From contig CAZFHY010000010.1 in the NCBI GenBank assembly GCA_964519305.1, positions 1-64,000 on the forward strand: a stretch of DNA of 64,000 bases, written 5' to 3'. The position numbers and the translations under genes were made by a program. This DNA comes from Candidatus Undinarchaeota archaeon (GTDB taxonomy: Archaea; SpSt-1190; JASMDC01). Every line of letters starts with the position of its first letter. Positions within the stretch are counted from its first letter, which is position 1. Below are positions 9,332 to 19,153 of the stretch, piece by piece. The notes below the pieces were generated by a model. The model was not told the origin of the DNA and made no database searches. It saw only the letters and a program-made list of their open reading frames with translations.

Positions 9332-10330
9332 ATGATGGGAACGGCAGCACGACCTATCATGGTCCTCATCGCTGCTGTCGTGTGCCTGCTCGCTCTGGCA
9401 ACGGTGCTCATGCCCCCCGGCGCAGGTACGTCCGCCCGCTTCGTCCGCATGCGTCCCGCTCTCATGGAGGCGGCACTTGCACGTGGTGAGATCGCGGCAT
9501 TCGTGGCCTGGGAGCCACATTGTACAAGGTCCGTGCTGTCCGGAACGGCACGCGTGCTCGTCGCTTCAAAGGATATCTGGCCTTCCCATCCCTGCTGCGT
9601 CCTCGCGGCCCGGCAGGAGCTTCTTGAGGAAAGGCCGGGGCTGGCGTCCGCCCTGCAGCGGGTACATGACCGCGCCACGGCCTACCTGAACGAGCATCCG
9701 GACGAGACCGCTGATATATTCGCTGCGGCCACCGGTATGGACCGGGAGGCAGCACGGGCAGCCATGGATAATATTGCCTTCCGTACCGGGCCGGACCGGG
9801 AGGGGATGACCACGTACATGCAGGCCATCCGCGACGCAGGCCTTGTTCCTCCAGAGACCGATCCCGCGACCGCGGTGACCGGGCTGGTGCCTGAGCAGCA
9901 GGAGATCGATGCTCCGACCGGCCCTATAACGCTGCGAGTCGGATGGCTGGAGGGTGACATCCACCAGGCCGCTTACCTCGTGGCAAAGGAGAAGGGTTAC
10001 TTCACTGACGAGGGCATCACGATCAAGGAGGTCGTGTTCGAGAACGGCGTCAAGGAGATGGACGGTTTCGCGGGCTCAGACATTGATGCCGGGTACCTGG
10101 GAGCAGCTCCCCTCCTTCTCAAGGGCACTGTTGCGCAGGTGCCGGTCACCGTGCTCGCCGGAGTGAACGAAGAGGGTTCCTGCATCGCCGTGCACGCAGA
10201 CGGGCCTATCAAGGCAGTGACCGACCTGGCCGGGCGTGACATCGCCGTCCCCGGGTTCGGTACAGTGCAGCACGTGCTAGCGGTCCGTGCGCTCGATGCT
10301 GCGGGCGTTACCGTGGAGGGTGGACCTTGA
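9332..10330 (+). CDS. ABC transporter substrate-binding protein (SsuA/NMT1/THI5 family), circularly permuted
   Basis: N-terminal TM anchor. The AFVAWEP and HPCC motifs precede the LRVGW, AKEKGYF..EG and DL.G..IAVPG.GT motifs. Confidence 0.85.
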   Translation: MMGTAARPIMVLIAAVVCLLALATVLMPPGAGTSARFVRMRPALMEAALARGEIAAFVAWEPHCTRSVLSGTARVLVASKDIWPSHPCCVLAARQELLEERPGLASALQRVHDRATAYLNEHPDETADIFAAATGMDREAARAAMDNIAFRTGPDREGMTTYMQAIRDAGLVPPETDPATAVTGLVPEQQEIDAPTGPITLRVGWLEGDIHQAAYLVAKEKGYFTDEGITIKEVVFENGVKEMDGFAGSDIDAGYLGAAPLLLKGTVAQVPVTVLAGVNEEGSCIAVHADGPIKAVTDLAGRDIAVPGFGTVQHVLAVRALDAAGVTVEGGP

Positions 10331-11079
10331 ATCTCCGTCGTGGTGCAGGTATCATCATAGTGCTCGCCCTCTGGCAGCTTGCCTCGTGGTCCGCTGCAGC
10401 GCAGAGCGGTACATTCGCGGTCCTCTTCCCGGGACCACTGGTCGTCGCCTTGGAGGGTGTTCGTCTCCTCGGCTCCGGAGAGCTGGTCCGTCATGCGGCG
10501 GCCTCGCTAGGCCGTGTGCTTGTCGGACTTGGCGCGGGCTCGCTCGTAGGCATCCTACTGGGCTATCTAATGGGGACACGGTCTTGGGCACGCGACCTTT
10601 TCGAGCCGGTGGTCGAGCTTTTACGGCCCATCCCGCCCCTTGCATGGATCCCACTGGCCATCCTGTGGCTGGGCATCGGTCTTGCCGACCAGGCGTTCAT
10701 CATCTTCCTCGGATGCGTGTTCCCCATCCTCCTGAACACCTACGAAGGAGTGCGTGCCATCGAGCCTCGCTATCTGGAGGCTTCCCGCGTGCTCGGGGCC
10801 GATGACTCGACGACATGGCGGAGAGTGGTGGTCCCAGCAACGCTCCCGCATGTGCTCACCGGACTGCGCGTGGGTGCGGGCGTGGCATGGATGTGCCTGG
10901 TGGCAGCGGAGCTCCAGGGCGTGAGGACCGGTTACGGTCTCGGCTACATGATGGTCGTGGCCCAGGACGTTGCCCGTGCCGACCGTATCATGGTCGGGAT
11001 GTTGAGCATCGGGATACTCGGCTATCTGATGAACCGGGGGATGCGCTATCTTGAGGGGAGGTTTGTACCATGGCGGTAG
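10327..11079 (+). CDS. ABC transporter permease (SsuC/TauC type)
   Basis: LRPIPPLAWIPL, an EAA-like loop (EASRVLGA) and LVAAE. Confidence 0.92.
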   Translation: MNLRRGAGIIIVLALWQLASWSAAAQSGTFAVLFPGPLVVALEGVRLLGSGELVRHAAASLGRVLVGLGAGSLVGILLGYLMGTRSWARDLFEPVVELLRPIPPLAWIPLAILWLGIGLADQAFIIFLGCVFPILLNTYEGVRAIEPRYLEASRVLGADDSTTWRRVVVPATLPHVLTGLRVGAGVAWMCLVAAELQGVRTGYGLGYMMVVAQDVARADRIMVGMLSIGILGYLMNRGMRYLEGRFVPWR

Positions 11080-11807
11080 ACGCACCGGTACTGACCGTTA
11101 AAGGCCTCACCAAGTCCTTTGACGACCTCGATGTCATCGACGGTCTCGACCTGACGGTCCGTCAGGGCGAGCTCATGGCCATCGTAGGACCCAGCGGGTG
11201 TGGGAAGACCACGCTGCTGCGCATCCTTGCAGGGCTCGAGACGCCATCGGCGGGGAGCGTGAAGGTGCGGGGCGAGCCCATCACCGGACCGGGGCCTGAC
11301 CGTGTGCTCATCTTCCAGGAGGGTACCGTGTTCCCTTGGGCCACCGTCGAGGAGAACGTCGCGTTCGGTATGGAGGCCCGCGGGGTTGTCGATCATGATC
11401 GGGTAGCTGAGGCAATCCGCACGTGCGGTCTGGACGGGTTCCAGGACCACTACCCGCGTACCCTGTCAGGTGGGATGGAGCGACGGGTCGCTCTGGCAAG
11501 GGCCATGGTGGCCGAGCCTGACATGCTCCTCATGGACGAGCCGTTCTCATCCCTGGACGCCCAGACATCCAGGGTCCTCCAGAACACTCTGATGCGTCTG
11601 TGGAAGGATACCGGTACTACGGTCGTCCTGGTCACCCACGATGTCGAGGTGGCCCTCCGGTTGGCGAGCAGGGTGATAGTGGTGTCCAACCGCCCTCTCA
11701 AGGAATGCGCTGCACATGATCTTACTGACAAGGACGAAGATCGTGAGATGGTCCGCCGTAAAGTGCTCCGTGTTCTTGAGGCCGAAGTGGGAGAGCGGCT
11801 GTACTGA
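11070..11807 (+). CDS. ABC transporter ATP-binding protein (SsuB/TauB type)
   Basis: GPSGCGKT, LSGGM, LMDEPF and VTHD motifs. Confidence 0.94.
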   Translation: MAVDAPVLTVKGLTKSFDDLDVIDGLDLTVRQGELMAIVGPSGCGKTTLLRILAGLETPSAGSVKVRGEPITGPGPDRVLIFQEGTVFPWATVEENVAFGMEARGVVDHDRVAEAIRTCGLDGFQDHYPRTLSGGMERRVALARAMVAEPDMLLMDEPFSSLDAQTSRVLQNTLMRLWKDTGTTVVLVTHDVEVALRLASRVIVVSNRPLKECAAHDLTDKDEDREMVRRKVLRVLEAEVGERLY

Positions 11808-11852
11808 GCTACCGGACCAGAGTTTATAACTCATGAACGTGGCCTCTTCATC

Positions 11853-12344
11853 GTGGAGTCATTAGAAGAGCCCGTCTCACTCGACTTCATCGCCGGAATC
11901 GGCGGTATTCGCGCCATCAGCGTCATCAGGGCCCTTTCCAAGGGCGAACGCACCGAGACGGAGCTCGCTGAGGAGCTTGGTATTACAGAACAGGTCATCA
12001 GAGGTATCCTCCAGCGATTCTATGACGCGAAGCTGGTCAACTTCCGCAAAGAGCGACAGCCCAACGGCTGGCTCGTGTACCATTGGGAGCTCTATCCCGA
12101 ACGACTTGCCGAGGCGATCGACCGTCGCAAACGTAAGATACTGAGCCTCCTGAGAAAGCGCTTCGAGTTCGAGCGTTCCAACCACTTCTTCATGTGCAGG
12201 GAACGATGTCAACGGTTCACTTTCGAGGAAGGGTTCGAGAACGACTTCATCTGCCCCTTGTGCGGTGAATCACTGCGTCAGCACGAGAACGAGTTCGCCT
12301 GTCAGGAGCTCGAGGACTACATCGGACGTATCGAGTCAACATAG
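11853..12344 (+). CDS. tfe: Transcription factor E (TFIIE-alpha homolog)
   Basis: Winged helix with ELAE.LG and GW..Y.W, plus Zn ribbon C...C..RFTFEE...F.CP.CG. Confidence 0.9.
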   Translation: MESLEEPVSLDFIAGIGGIRAISVIRALSKGERTETELAEELGITEQVIRGILQRFYDAKLVNFRKERQPNGWLVYHWELYPERLAEAIDRRKRKILSLLRKRFEFERSNHFFMCRERCQRFTFEEGFENDFICPLCGESLRQHENEFACQELEDYIGRIEST

Positions 12345-12356
12345 GAGGTCACGATC

Positions 12357-12509
12357 ATGGCTATCATGAAAGGGAACGATGACCGGGCCGCGGTCAGGAA
12401 GGTCTTCGATACCTGGTACAAGGAGAAGCTGGGCATCGGTGAGGAAGAGGAACAGCCAAAGGCTTCGCCCTCTCGATCCAAGGACACTAACGGGTTCATC
12501 ACGGCCTAG
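12357..12509 (+). CDS. Small hypothetical protein (50 aa)
   Basis: MAIMKGNDDRAAVRKVFDTWYKEKLGIGEEEE..., with a strong AGGAGGT SD overlapping the tfe stop and GC3-rich codons. Confidence 0.55.
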   Translation: MAIMKGNDDRAAVRKVFDTWYKEKLGIGEEEEQPKASPSRSKDTNGFITA

Positions 12510-12639
12510 ATCCGGACATCTCACCGTTGCATCGGCCGGCACCAGGATAAGCTCTAGATCGATAACAGAAGAGCTAGATGAAACATCTCAAAAAGATTCG
12601 GAATTGATCGTTCTGGATCCATATTGACTGTCTGCACCA

Positions 12640-13776
12640 TCACACAGCCGCCGCCCGCATGGCGTCCTTAACCGCATCCATCTCGGCATCGGTCTTCACC
12701 CCGCTCCCCGTGAGATGGGTGGGGCCCACTGTATACCCCTGCTCACGGAGCGCGTCCATAACGCGCGATGTCCGTGGAACGTCCATCACCAGGTCCTTAC
12801 CAAGGGCGTGGAGGTCGTAGAAGAGAGGGATGTCGGGCTCCGCCGACAACTTTTCCAGGAGCTTCTGCGCATCGGGTGCAAGTCCCTCCTGGTCCACCAG
12901 CGAGGACACGAGCTCCTTGTCGTTGAGCGGGCCCGTCCACAACGGACCGGCCCACGCGGTAGGCTTCCCGCATCCGGGGCACAGCTCGCGAGGGCGCTTG
13001 CCCGTCCCGCGCCAGCCACAGTGCATGCAGTGGGCGACGTACCCGATGTGGTCCATGGTGGCGTCCGCCCGCGCTTTCCCCTTGCGCGTCTCAAGGTAGA
13101 TCCGGAAGAAGTGGATGGAGGCGTGCGAGAGCACGGGTCTGACTCCGTAGTCGTCCCGGAGGAGAGGGAGTGCTGAGGCGTACACCATGATCCGTATCGC
13201 CAGTTCGTGGCAGTAAGGGGTCTTTAGCGACCGGGAACCGTACTTGCGCATGCACACCTTGGGATGGACGCCACAGAGCACGGCGCCATCGGTCGCCGAG
13301 ACACCGATGAGCCCTCGACGTGGTCTGATGGCAGCGGACACCCCTTGGAGGAAGGGTGTGGGGCAGCCAAAGGGATCCACATCGATAATATCGAACCATT
13401 CCCTGCCGAGGACTACCGCCCTAGCGTCACCCTGCACGGCTTCCACTATGTCGGACACGTCGTTACGCTCGATGTTGGCCCGGATGAGCTCCACTGCGGC
13501 CGGTTTCGCGTCACAGGCGACAACGCGGGTGGCCCCTGCCTCGAGAGCTGCACGGACCGATCGCACCCCGGTGGCCGCCAGCATGTCAAGGACGGAACCC
13601 TTCCCGCCGAGGAACTGTTTGTACACCAGGAGCGATATGTCCCTGTTGTGGACCATGTCCGGATTGTAGAACACCGGCGCATGAGTGGGATAGGCACCTG
13701 GGGCGATGGCCTCCAGGTCGGGGACGACGAGGTGTGCTGCTCCTTCCTTCACCTCGATGAGCGGGAAATCGACCAC
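12640..13776 (-). CDS. trm1: tRNA (guanine-26-N2)-dimethyltransferase
   Basis: VFYNP.M..NRDIS, AATGVRS, DVDPFG.P, ATD, E...RI and GPLW.GPL motifs. Start uncertain (GTG 13776 preferred). Confidence 0.93.
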   Translation of the reverse strand: MVDFPLIEVKEGAAHLVVPDLEAIAPGAYPTHAPVFYNPDMVHNRDISLLVYKQFLGGKGSVLDMLAATGVRSVRAALEAGATRVVACDAKPAAVELIRANIERNDVSDIVEAVQGDARAVVLGREWFDIIDVDPFGCPTPFLQGVSAAIRPRRGLIGVSATDGAVLCGVHPKVCMRKYGSRSLKTPYCHELAIRIMVYASALPLLRDDYGVRPVLSHASIHFFRIYLETRKGKARADATMDHIGYVAHCMHCGWRGTGKRPRELCPGCGKPTAWAGPLWTGPLNDKELVSSLVDQEGLAPDAQKLLEKLSAEPDIPLFYDLHALGKDLVMDVPRTSRVMDALREQGYTVGPTHLTGSGVKTDAEMDAVKDAMRAAAV

Positions 13777-13844
13777 GAAGGGCTGCGACCCGGAAACATT
13801 TATCAATCTTGGGCGGGCGCGCCCCCCCGCCGGGTGCCTGCTAC

Positions 13845-14594
13845 ATGCTCATCGATTGTCACGCTCACATCAGTGATCCCCTGTTCGATGACGAGCGCGA
13901 CCACCTGCTCGATGTAGCGTGCGCAGCAGGCCTGGGGACCGTGGTCGACTGTGCCCTGGGAGCGGACAACCTGCCCCGTTCCTTTGCGCTCGCTGACGCA
14001 CGTCCGGACCTCGTGGTGAGCACTATCGGCTGCGATCCGAGGGAGACCGACGAGGAGACCATCGAAGAGGTATGCCTCCTCGCTGAGCGTCACCGGGACC
14101 GGCTGGTGGCATTGGGCGAGGTCGGGCTGGATTTCGCCCGTTCCGAGCCATCTGAGCGTGAGCGACAGCGAGGTGTGTTCGGCCGGTTCATCGAGCTGGC
14201 CCGGGACCTCGACCTACCCCTCATCGTCCACTCGCGCAGCGCCGGGAAGCATGCAGTGCGCCAGCTCCTCGAAGCGGGATTGTCGCGGGTGCTCATGCAC
14301 GCCTACGACGGACGTGCCGGCTATGCACTAGAGGGAGCTAAGGCAGGGTTCGTGTTCTCGGTCCCGCCTCGCGATACGACCCAGAAGGTGAAGCTCGTGC
14401 GTGCCCTCCCCATGGAGTGCCTGGCGCTCGAGACGGACTGCCCGGCGCTCGCCCCGGAGCCGGGTGCGATGAACATCCCTGCGAACATCGTCCTGTCGCG
14501 TGACCTGGTGGCCAGGATCAAGAACTTACCGCCCGAGGACGTCGCTGACGCCACCACTGCCACGGCAAGACGCCTCTTCGACCTTCGGCGGTGA
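13845..14594 (+). CDS. tatD: TatD-family nuclease
   Basis: IDCHAH, GEVGLD, VHSR and LETDCP motifs. Confidence 0.9.
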   Translation: MLIDCHAHISDPLFDDERDHLLDVACAAGLGTVVDCALGADNLPRSFALADARPDLVVSTIGCDPRETDEETIEEVCLLAERHRDRLVALGEVGLDFARSEPSERERQRGVFGRFIELARDLDLPLIVHSRSAGKHAVRQLLEAGLSRVLMHAYDGRAGYALEGAKAGFVFSVPPRDTTQKVKLVRALPMECLALETDCPALAPEPGAMNIPANIVLSRDLVARIKNLPPEDVADATTATARRLFDLRR

Positions 14595-14657
14595 ACCGGA
14601 GTTACCCCTGCCGGGGGGCAGGAGAAAGGTATATGAAAGCTACGTCTGAACTCCTGT

Positions 14658-16691
14658 ATGGTGCCTCCCGAGATCAGCGATTCCGAGCAGGTAATCCAGA
14701 AGTTCGAGAACTTCTTCAACACGTTCTACAACGACGAGCTGCTCAGGATAGTACGGGAGGGTGAGAACTCTATCAAGGTGGACTTCCGCGAGCTGGACTC
14801 CTTCGACATCGACCTGGCCGACGATCTCCTCAACCGTCCCCGGGACATCCTCGCCTGCGCCGAGGAAGCGATCACCCGGCTGGACCTTGGTGAGGACTTC
14901 GTGGAACTGAAGGTCCGGTTCGAACACCTTCCCGAGAGCCAAGGTGTGTACATCCGCGACCTGCGGAGCGACCATCTGGGTAAGTTCATCTGCATCGAGG
15001 GCCTGATCCGTCAGGCCAGCGACGTCCGGCCCGAGATCTTGGAGGCTACCTTCGACTGCCCCAACTGCGGGAACCTCATCATCATCCCCCAGACCGGCCC
15101 CCACCTCAGGGAGCCGACCAAGTGCATCTGCGGTAGGAAGGGGAAGTTCCGCATGACGGACAAGAAGCTCACGGACATGCAGAAGCTCGAGGTGGAGGAG
15201 CTGCCCGACAACCTCATTGGCGGGGAACAGGCAAAGCGACTACGTGTGTTCATCCGCGACGACCTGGTGGATCCGACCATGGGACACAAGGTCATCCCTG
15301 GTACCGAGGTGTTCATCAACGGCACTCTCGGTGAGGTCACTGTGACCAGCAGCCACGGCCAGCCCACCAGACGCCTGGACATCTTCCTTGACGCCAACTT
15401 CATCGATCCCAAGATCACCCAGTTCGAGGACATCGAGGTCACTCCCGAGGACGAGGAGGAGATACGGCGTCTTGCGGCCGACCCTCATATCTACAAGAAG
15501 CTCAAGGAGTCCCTCGCGCCCTCGATCTACGGCCATAACGAGATCAAGGAGGCGCTCTCCCTCTTCCTATTCGGCGGCATCCGTAAGCAGCGCAAGGACG
15601 GCACCGAGACCCGGGGCGACATCCATATCCTGCTCATCGGCGATCCCGGGGCAGGGAAGAGCATGATGCTCAAGTATGTTGAGAAGATGGCCCCCAAGGC
15701 GCGGTACGTGTCAGGGAAGGGTGCGTCAGCCGCTGGCCTCACTGCATCGGTCGTCAAGGACGAGTTCCTCAAGGCGTGGGTGCTCGAGGCAGGCACCCTG
15801 GTGCTCGCCAACAAGGGCATCGCCTGCATCGACGAGCTGGACAAGATGACCCAGGACGACCGGTCCGCCATGCACGAGGCCATGGCGCAGCAGACCGTCA
15901 CGATCAGCAAGGCAAGCATCCAGGCGACGCTCAAGGCACAAGCTGCCATCCTGGCCGCAGCTAATCCCAAGCACGGACGGTTCGATCCTTACCAGCCCCC
16001 GGCCGACCAGATCGACCTCCCGCCCACCCTCATCAACCGGTTCGACCTCATATTTCCCATCAGGGACAAGCCGGACAGGGAGAAGGACACACGGATGGCC
16101 GAGCACATCCTACACCTCCACTCGTCCGTTGAGGACCAGAAAAATCCTCCGATCTCCCAAGAAATCCTACGCAAGTACATCTCCTTCGCCAAGCGTACCT
16201 CCAGCCCCCGTCTCACTGAGGCGGCCATTCAGGAGATCAAGAACTTCTTCGTCGGGCTACGAGGCCAGTACAGCGAGAAAGAGCGGAGCGTCCCCATCTC
16301 GGTCCGCCAGCTGGAGTCCATGATCCGCCTCGCCGAGGCGTCCGCCCGCGTCAGGCTGTCCGACCGCGCCGAGGCGGAGGACGCCCAGCGCGCCATCCGT
16401 CTGATATTCGCCTACCTCAAGGAGGTCGGTTTCGACCCTACGACCGGGAAGCTGGACGTCGACCGCGCCTCCGGTGTAACGACCGCGAGCAAGCGCAACC
16501 TCCTTACGAATATCCTGGGGATCGTCCGGTCGCTCGAGGAGGTCGAAGGCTCGGCCGTCAAGACCGAGGACGTGCTCCGTGAGGCAAGCGGCAAAGGGAT
16601 GGACGAGCTCGAGGTCGAGAAGGTCATCCGCGAGCTCATGCAGGTCGGGGAGATCTTCGAGCCCCAGCGTGGATATATAAAGAGATTATAA
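14658..16691 (+). CDS. mcm: Replicative helicase MCM
   Basis: GDPGAGKS, IDELDKM, AAANP..GR and a Zn finger. No intein. Confidence 0.97.
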   Translation: MVPPEISDSEQVIQKFENFFNTFYNDELLRIVREGENSIKVDFRELDSFDIDLADDLLNRPRDILACAEEAITRLDLGEDFVELKVRFEHLPESQGVYIRDLRSDHLGKFICIEGLIRQASDVRPEILEATFDCPNCGNLIIIPQTGPHLREPTKCICGRKGKFRMTDKKLTDMQKLEVEELPDNLIGGEQAKRLRVFIRDDLVDPTMGHKVIPGTEVFINGTLGEVTVTSSHGQPTRRLDIFLDANFIDPKITQFEDIEVTPEDEEEIRRLAADPHIYKKLKESLAPSIYGHNEIKEALSLFLFGGIRKQRKDGTETRGDIHILLIGDPGAGKSMMLKYVEKMAPKARYVSGKGASAAGLTASVVKDEFLKAWVLEAGTLVLANKGIACIDELDKMTQDDRSAMHEAMAQQTVTISKASIQATLKAQAAILAAANPKHGRFDPYQPPADQIDLPPTLINRFDLIFPIRDKPDREKDTRMAEHILHLHSSVEDQKNPPISQEILRKYISFAKRTSSPRLTEAAIQEIKNFFVGLRGQYSEKERSVPISVRQLESMIRLAEASARVRLSDRAEAEDAQRAIRLIFAYLKEVGFDPTTGKLDVDRASGVTTASKRNLLTNILGIVRSLEEVEGSAVKTEDVLREASGKGMDELEVEKVIRELMQVGEIFEPQRGYIKRL

Positions 16692-16711
16692 TTTCAGGAC
16701 GGTGAACGATC

Positions 16712-17548
16712 ATGAGCTTCCAGCGATTACCAGCGATGAAGGTGCGCATCGCCAGCCTGGTCAAGGGGCGGTACCATCGTGGACAGAAGGAGATGGAGCC
16801 CAACGTGCTCATCACCCCTGGCGGGACCACAGTATCGCGGATCCGTGTGCTGGCCACGGTCGTGTCGCGCTTCATCAACGAAGAAGGCACCTATGCTTCC
16901 GTCACTTTGGACGACGGCTCGGAGACCATCAGGGTCAAGGGATTCAGGGATGATCTCCACAAGATCAAGGATCTGGGCGTCGGTGACACCATCGATGTAA
17001 TCGGCAGGGTGCGCGAGTACGAGGGCGAGCTTTATCTCATCCCCGAGACCGTGATCACGATCACTGACCACAACTGGGAGCTCGTTAGGCGACTAGAGCT
17101 CCTGCGCGAGGACGGTCGCGAGCAGAAGGTGCTCGATCGTGCCGACGAGCTAAAGGCACAGGGCAAGGGTGCCGACGAGGTAGCCGCTGCACTGGCCTCG
17201 GAGTTCGGTCTCTCCGACCGGGAGGTCGAAGGGGTTATCTCAGAGCCCGTGACGCCCCCACCAATGACCGAGACGCTGGATGCACAGGCGCCTGCGCTCA
17301 AGACCCCCGCCCCTGCACCCGCTGCAGGAGAGGAGAAGAAGGCTGCGGCCGCCGTTGATAGCGGACCCAGCCCCAGGGCCGCACTGCTCTCGCTCATCCA
17401 GAAGCTGGACGAGGGTGACGGAGTCCCCTACGCCGCGCTCAAGGACGCGTCCAAGATGGGGGACGAGATGGACGAAGTGCTCACCGAGCTAATCACCGAG
17501 GGCGAGATCTTCGAGCCCCGCACTGGCAAATACAAGAGGTTGGACTGA
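16712..17548 (+). CDS. RPA32-like OB-fold ssDNA-binding protein with C-terminal winged helix
   Basis: SR.RV.ATVV, TLDDGS.TI, VIG.VREY and GEIFEPR.G.Y motifs. Confidence 0.8.
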   Translation: MSFQRLPAMKVRIASLVKGRYHRGQKEMEPNVLITPGGTTVSRIRVLATVVSRFINEEGTYASVTLDDGSETIRVKGFRDDLHKIKDLGVGDTIDVIGRVREYEGELYLIPETVITITDHNWELVRRLELLREDGREQKVLDRADELKAQGKGADEVAAALASEFGLSDREVEGVISEPVTPPPMTETLDAQAPALKTPAPAPAAGEEKKAAAAVDSGPSPRAALLSLIQKLDEGDGVPYAALKDASKMGDEMDEVLTELITEGEIFEPRTGKYKRLD

Positions 17549-17967
17549 TGGCCGATAATATACCTGACTATAATGCTCTGCTCGAACGGGCCGTTGCGGC
17601 CCTTCCCGAGGACACTACAAAGGACATCCGGTTCGAGGTGCCGAAGGCCCAGGCCAACACCCAGGGCAACCGCACCTTCGTCCCAAACTTCAGCGAGATC
17701 GCTAACTACCTTCACCGGGAGCCGGGGCACCTGCTCAAGTTCCTCCTCAAGGAATGCGGTACTGCAGGCAACCTGGACGGGCACCGGGCCGTGTTCATGG
17801 GCAAGATCACGCCCATGAAGCTCAACGACCGCGTGAACAAGTACGTGGCGGAGTTCGTCACCTGTCAGGAATGCGGGAAACCCGATACCAAGATCGTGAA
17901 GGAGGACCGGATCAGGTTCCTCAGGTGCATGGCGTGCGGCGCAAGGCACTCTCTCAGAAACCTGTGA
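17548..17967 (+). CDS. eif2b: Translation initiation factor aIF-2 beta
   Basis: Y..LL.RA, RFEVP, C.ECGKPDT and C.ACGA motifs. Confidence 0.95.
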   Translation: MADNIPDYNALLERAVAALPEDTTKDIRFEVPKAQANTQGNRTFVPNFSEIANYLHREPGHLLKFLLKECGTAGNLDGHRAVFMGKITPMKLNDRVNKYVAEFVTCQECGKPDTKIVKEDRIRFLRCMACGARHSLRNL

Positions 17968-18824
17968 AGCGTACGCGCTTCTGCTGCGTTTGCGGCAGGG
18001 TGGGTACCTTCCCGGACAACCTCTGTCCGGAATGCACTCCCGCAGATATCGTTGAACCAGCTCCGTCCAGTTCAAGCACCAAACGTGAGATGGCTCGCTT
18101 GTGCCCGGAATGTGCCAGGGTGCAGTTCCATCCTGATGAGCCTTTCGTCGAAGGCGATCTGCCCAAGGTGTTCAAGAAACGGTACTGCGAGGACTGCGGC
18201 CGGATACGCTCAGGGCGTATCAACGCCATCGTACAGGTACGTAGCTCGCGCCCCCTCACCGAGCTACAGGTGGAACAGGTCGCCAAGGGGCTATCATCTG
18301 TCCCATGGACACGCTACCGCGCCAAGGAGGTGGCCGGGGGTGTGGACTTCCACTTCCTTGAGCATTCGGATGCCGTGAACGCAAGTCGTCGCATAACCAG
18401 TCGGCTCGGCGGGCTCATGACCTCGACCAGGACCTTGGTGACCCAGGACCGTAACACCGGGAAGGGTCTGTATCGCATCACGGTCCTCGTGCGCCTCCCG
18501 GAAGCCCATCCCGGTGAGCTCGTGCGCATTGACACGGGGATCGGCCGTCTCGTCTCCTTGGGTAGCAAGGGTGCAATGATACGCGACCTTGCGACCCGAG
18601 AGATTATCAGGCTGACACGGAAGCAGGCCGCTACGCTCAAACCCGCACCGGATGAGACGGTCCACGAGGCAATGGTGTCGGCCGTGTCCCCCGGCGAGGT
18701 GTTCGTCACCCTCATGGATACCTTCGAGACCCTCACAATCCCTCTTCCGCCCGGACCTTTCCCCGAGGAGGGCGATAAGGTGCAGGTCGTGATGGATGGC
18801 GCCCGTCCTCTATTGGTTTTTTAA
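17964..18824 (+). CDS. nmd3: NMD3-family ribosome-associated protein
   Basis: FC..CG, LCPEC, C.DC.R.RSG...AIVQVR and YR.T.LVRLP motifs. GTG overlaps the eif2b stop. Confidence 0.85.
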   Translation: MKRTRFCCVCGRVGTFPDNLCPECTPADIVEPAPSSSSTKREMARLCPECARVQFHPDEPFVEGDLPKVFKKRYCEDCGRIRSGRINAIVQVRSSRPLTELQVEQVAKGLSSVPWTRYRAKEVAGGVDFHFLEHSDAVNASRRITSRLGGLMTSTRTLVTQDRNTGKGLYRITVLVRLPEAHPGELVRIDTGIGRLVSLGSKGAMIRDLATREIIRLTRKQAATLKPAPDETVHEAMVSAVSPGEVFVTLMDTFETLTIPLPPGPFPEEGDKVQVVMDGARPLLVF

Positions 18825-18847
18825 ACGTTCGGGGCATTGGATTCATC

Positions 18848-19153
18848 GTGCCTAAGACCCAGGAGGCCGATTCGGAGATCAAGCGGGCCCGTGTCCCCGG
18901 GGATAACGAGCTTATCGGAGTCGTTGAGCAGCGCCTCGGGAACAAGAAAATGCAGATCATGTGTTCCGATGGAAAGCTCAGGCTTACACGCGTCCCAGGC
19001 TCCAAGCGACGGTTATGGGTCAGGGAAGGGGACTTCGTCCTCGTCCAGCCATGGAGCATACAGAGCGACTCCCGGGGCGATGTCGTGCACCGATATACCG
19101 GTGCCGAGGTCGAGTGGTTGAAGAAAAACGGCCATATTGATGAGTTTCAATGA
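18848..19153 (+). CDS. eif1a: Translation initiation factor aIF-1A
   Basis: GVVEQRLG, C.DGK.R..R.PG and WVREGD.V.V.PW motifs. Confidence 0.95.
   Translation: MPKTQEADSEIKRARVPGDNELIGVVEQRLGNKKMQIMCSDGKLRLTRVPGSKRRLWVREGDFVLVQPWSIQSDSRGDVVHRYTGAEVEWLKKNGHIDEFQ

Noticed and set aside
14658-16691. Intein in MCM or a nearby replication origin
   Set aside because: MCM has normal length with continuous motifs, and no cdc6/orc1 or ORB repeats were recognised.
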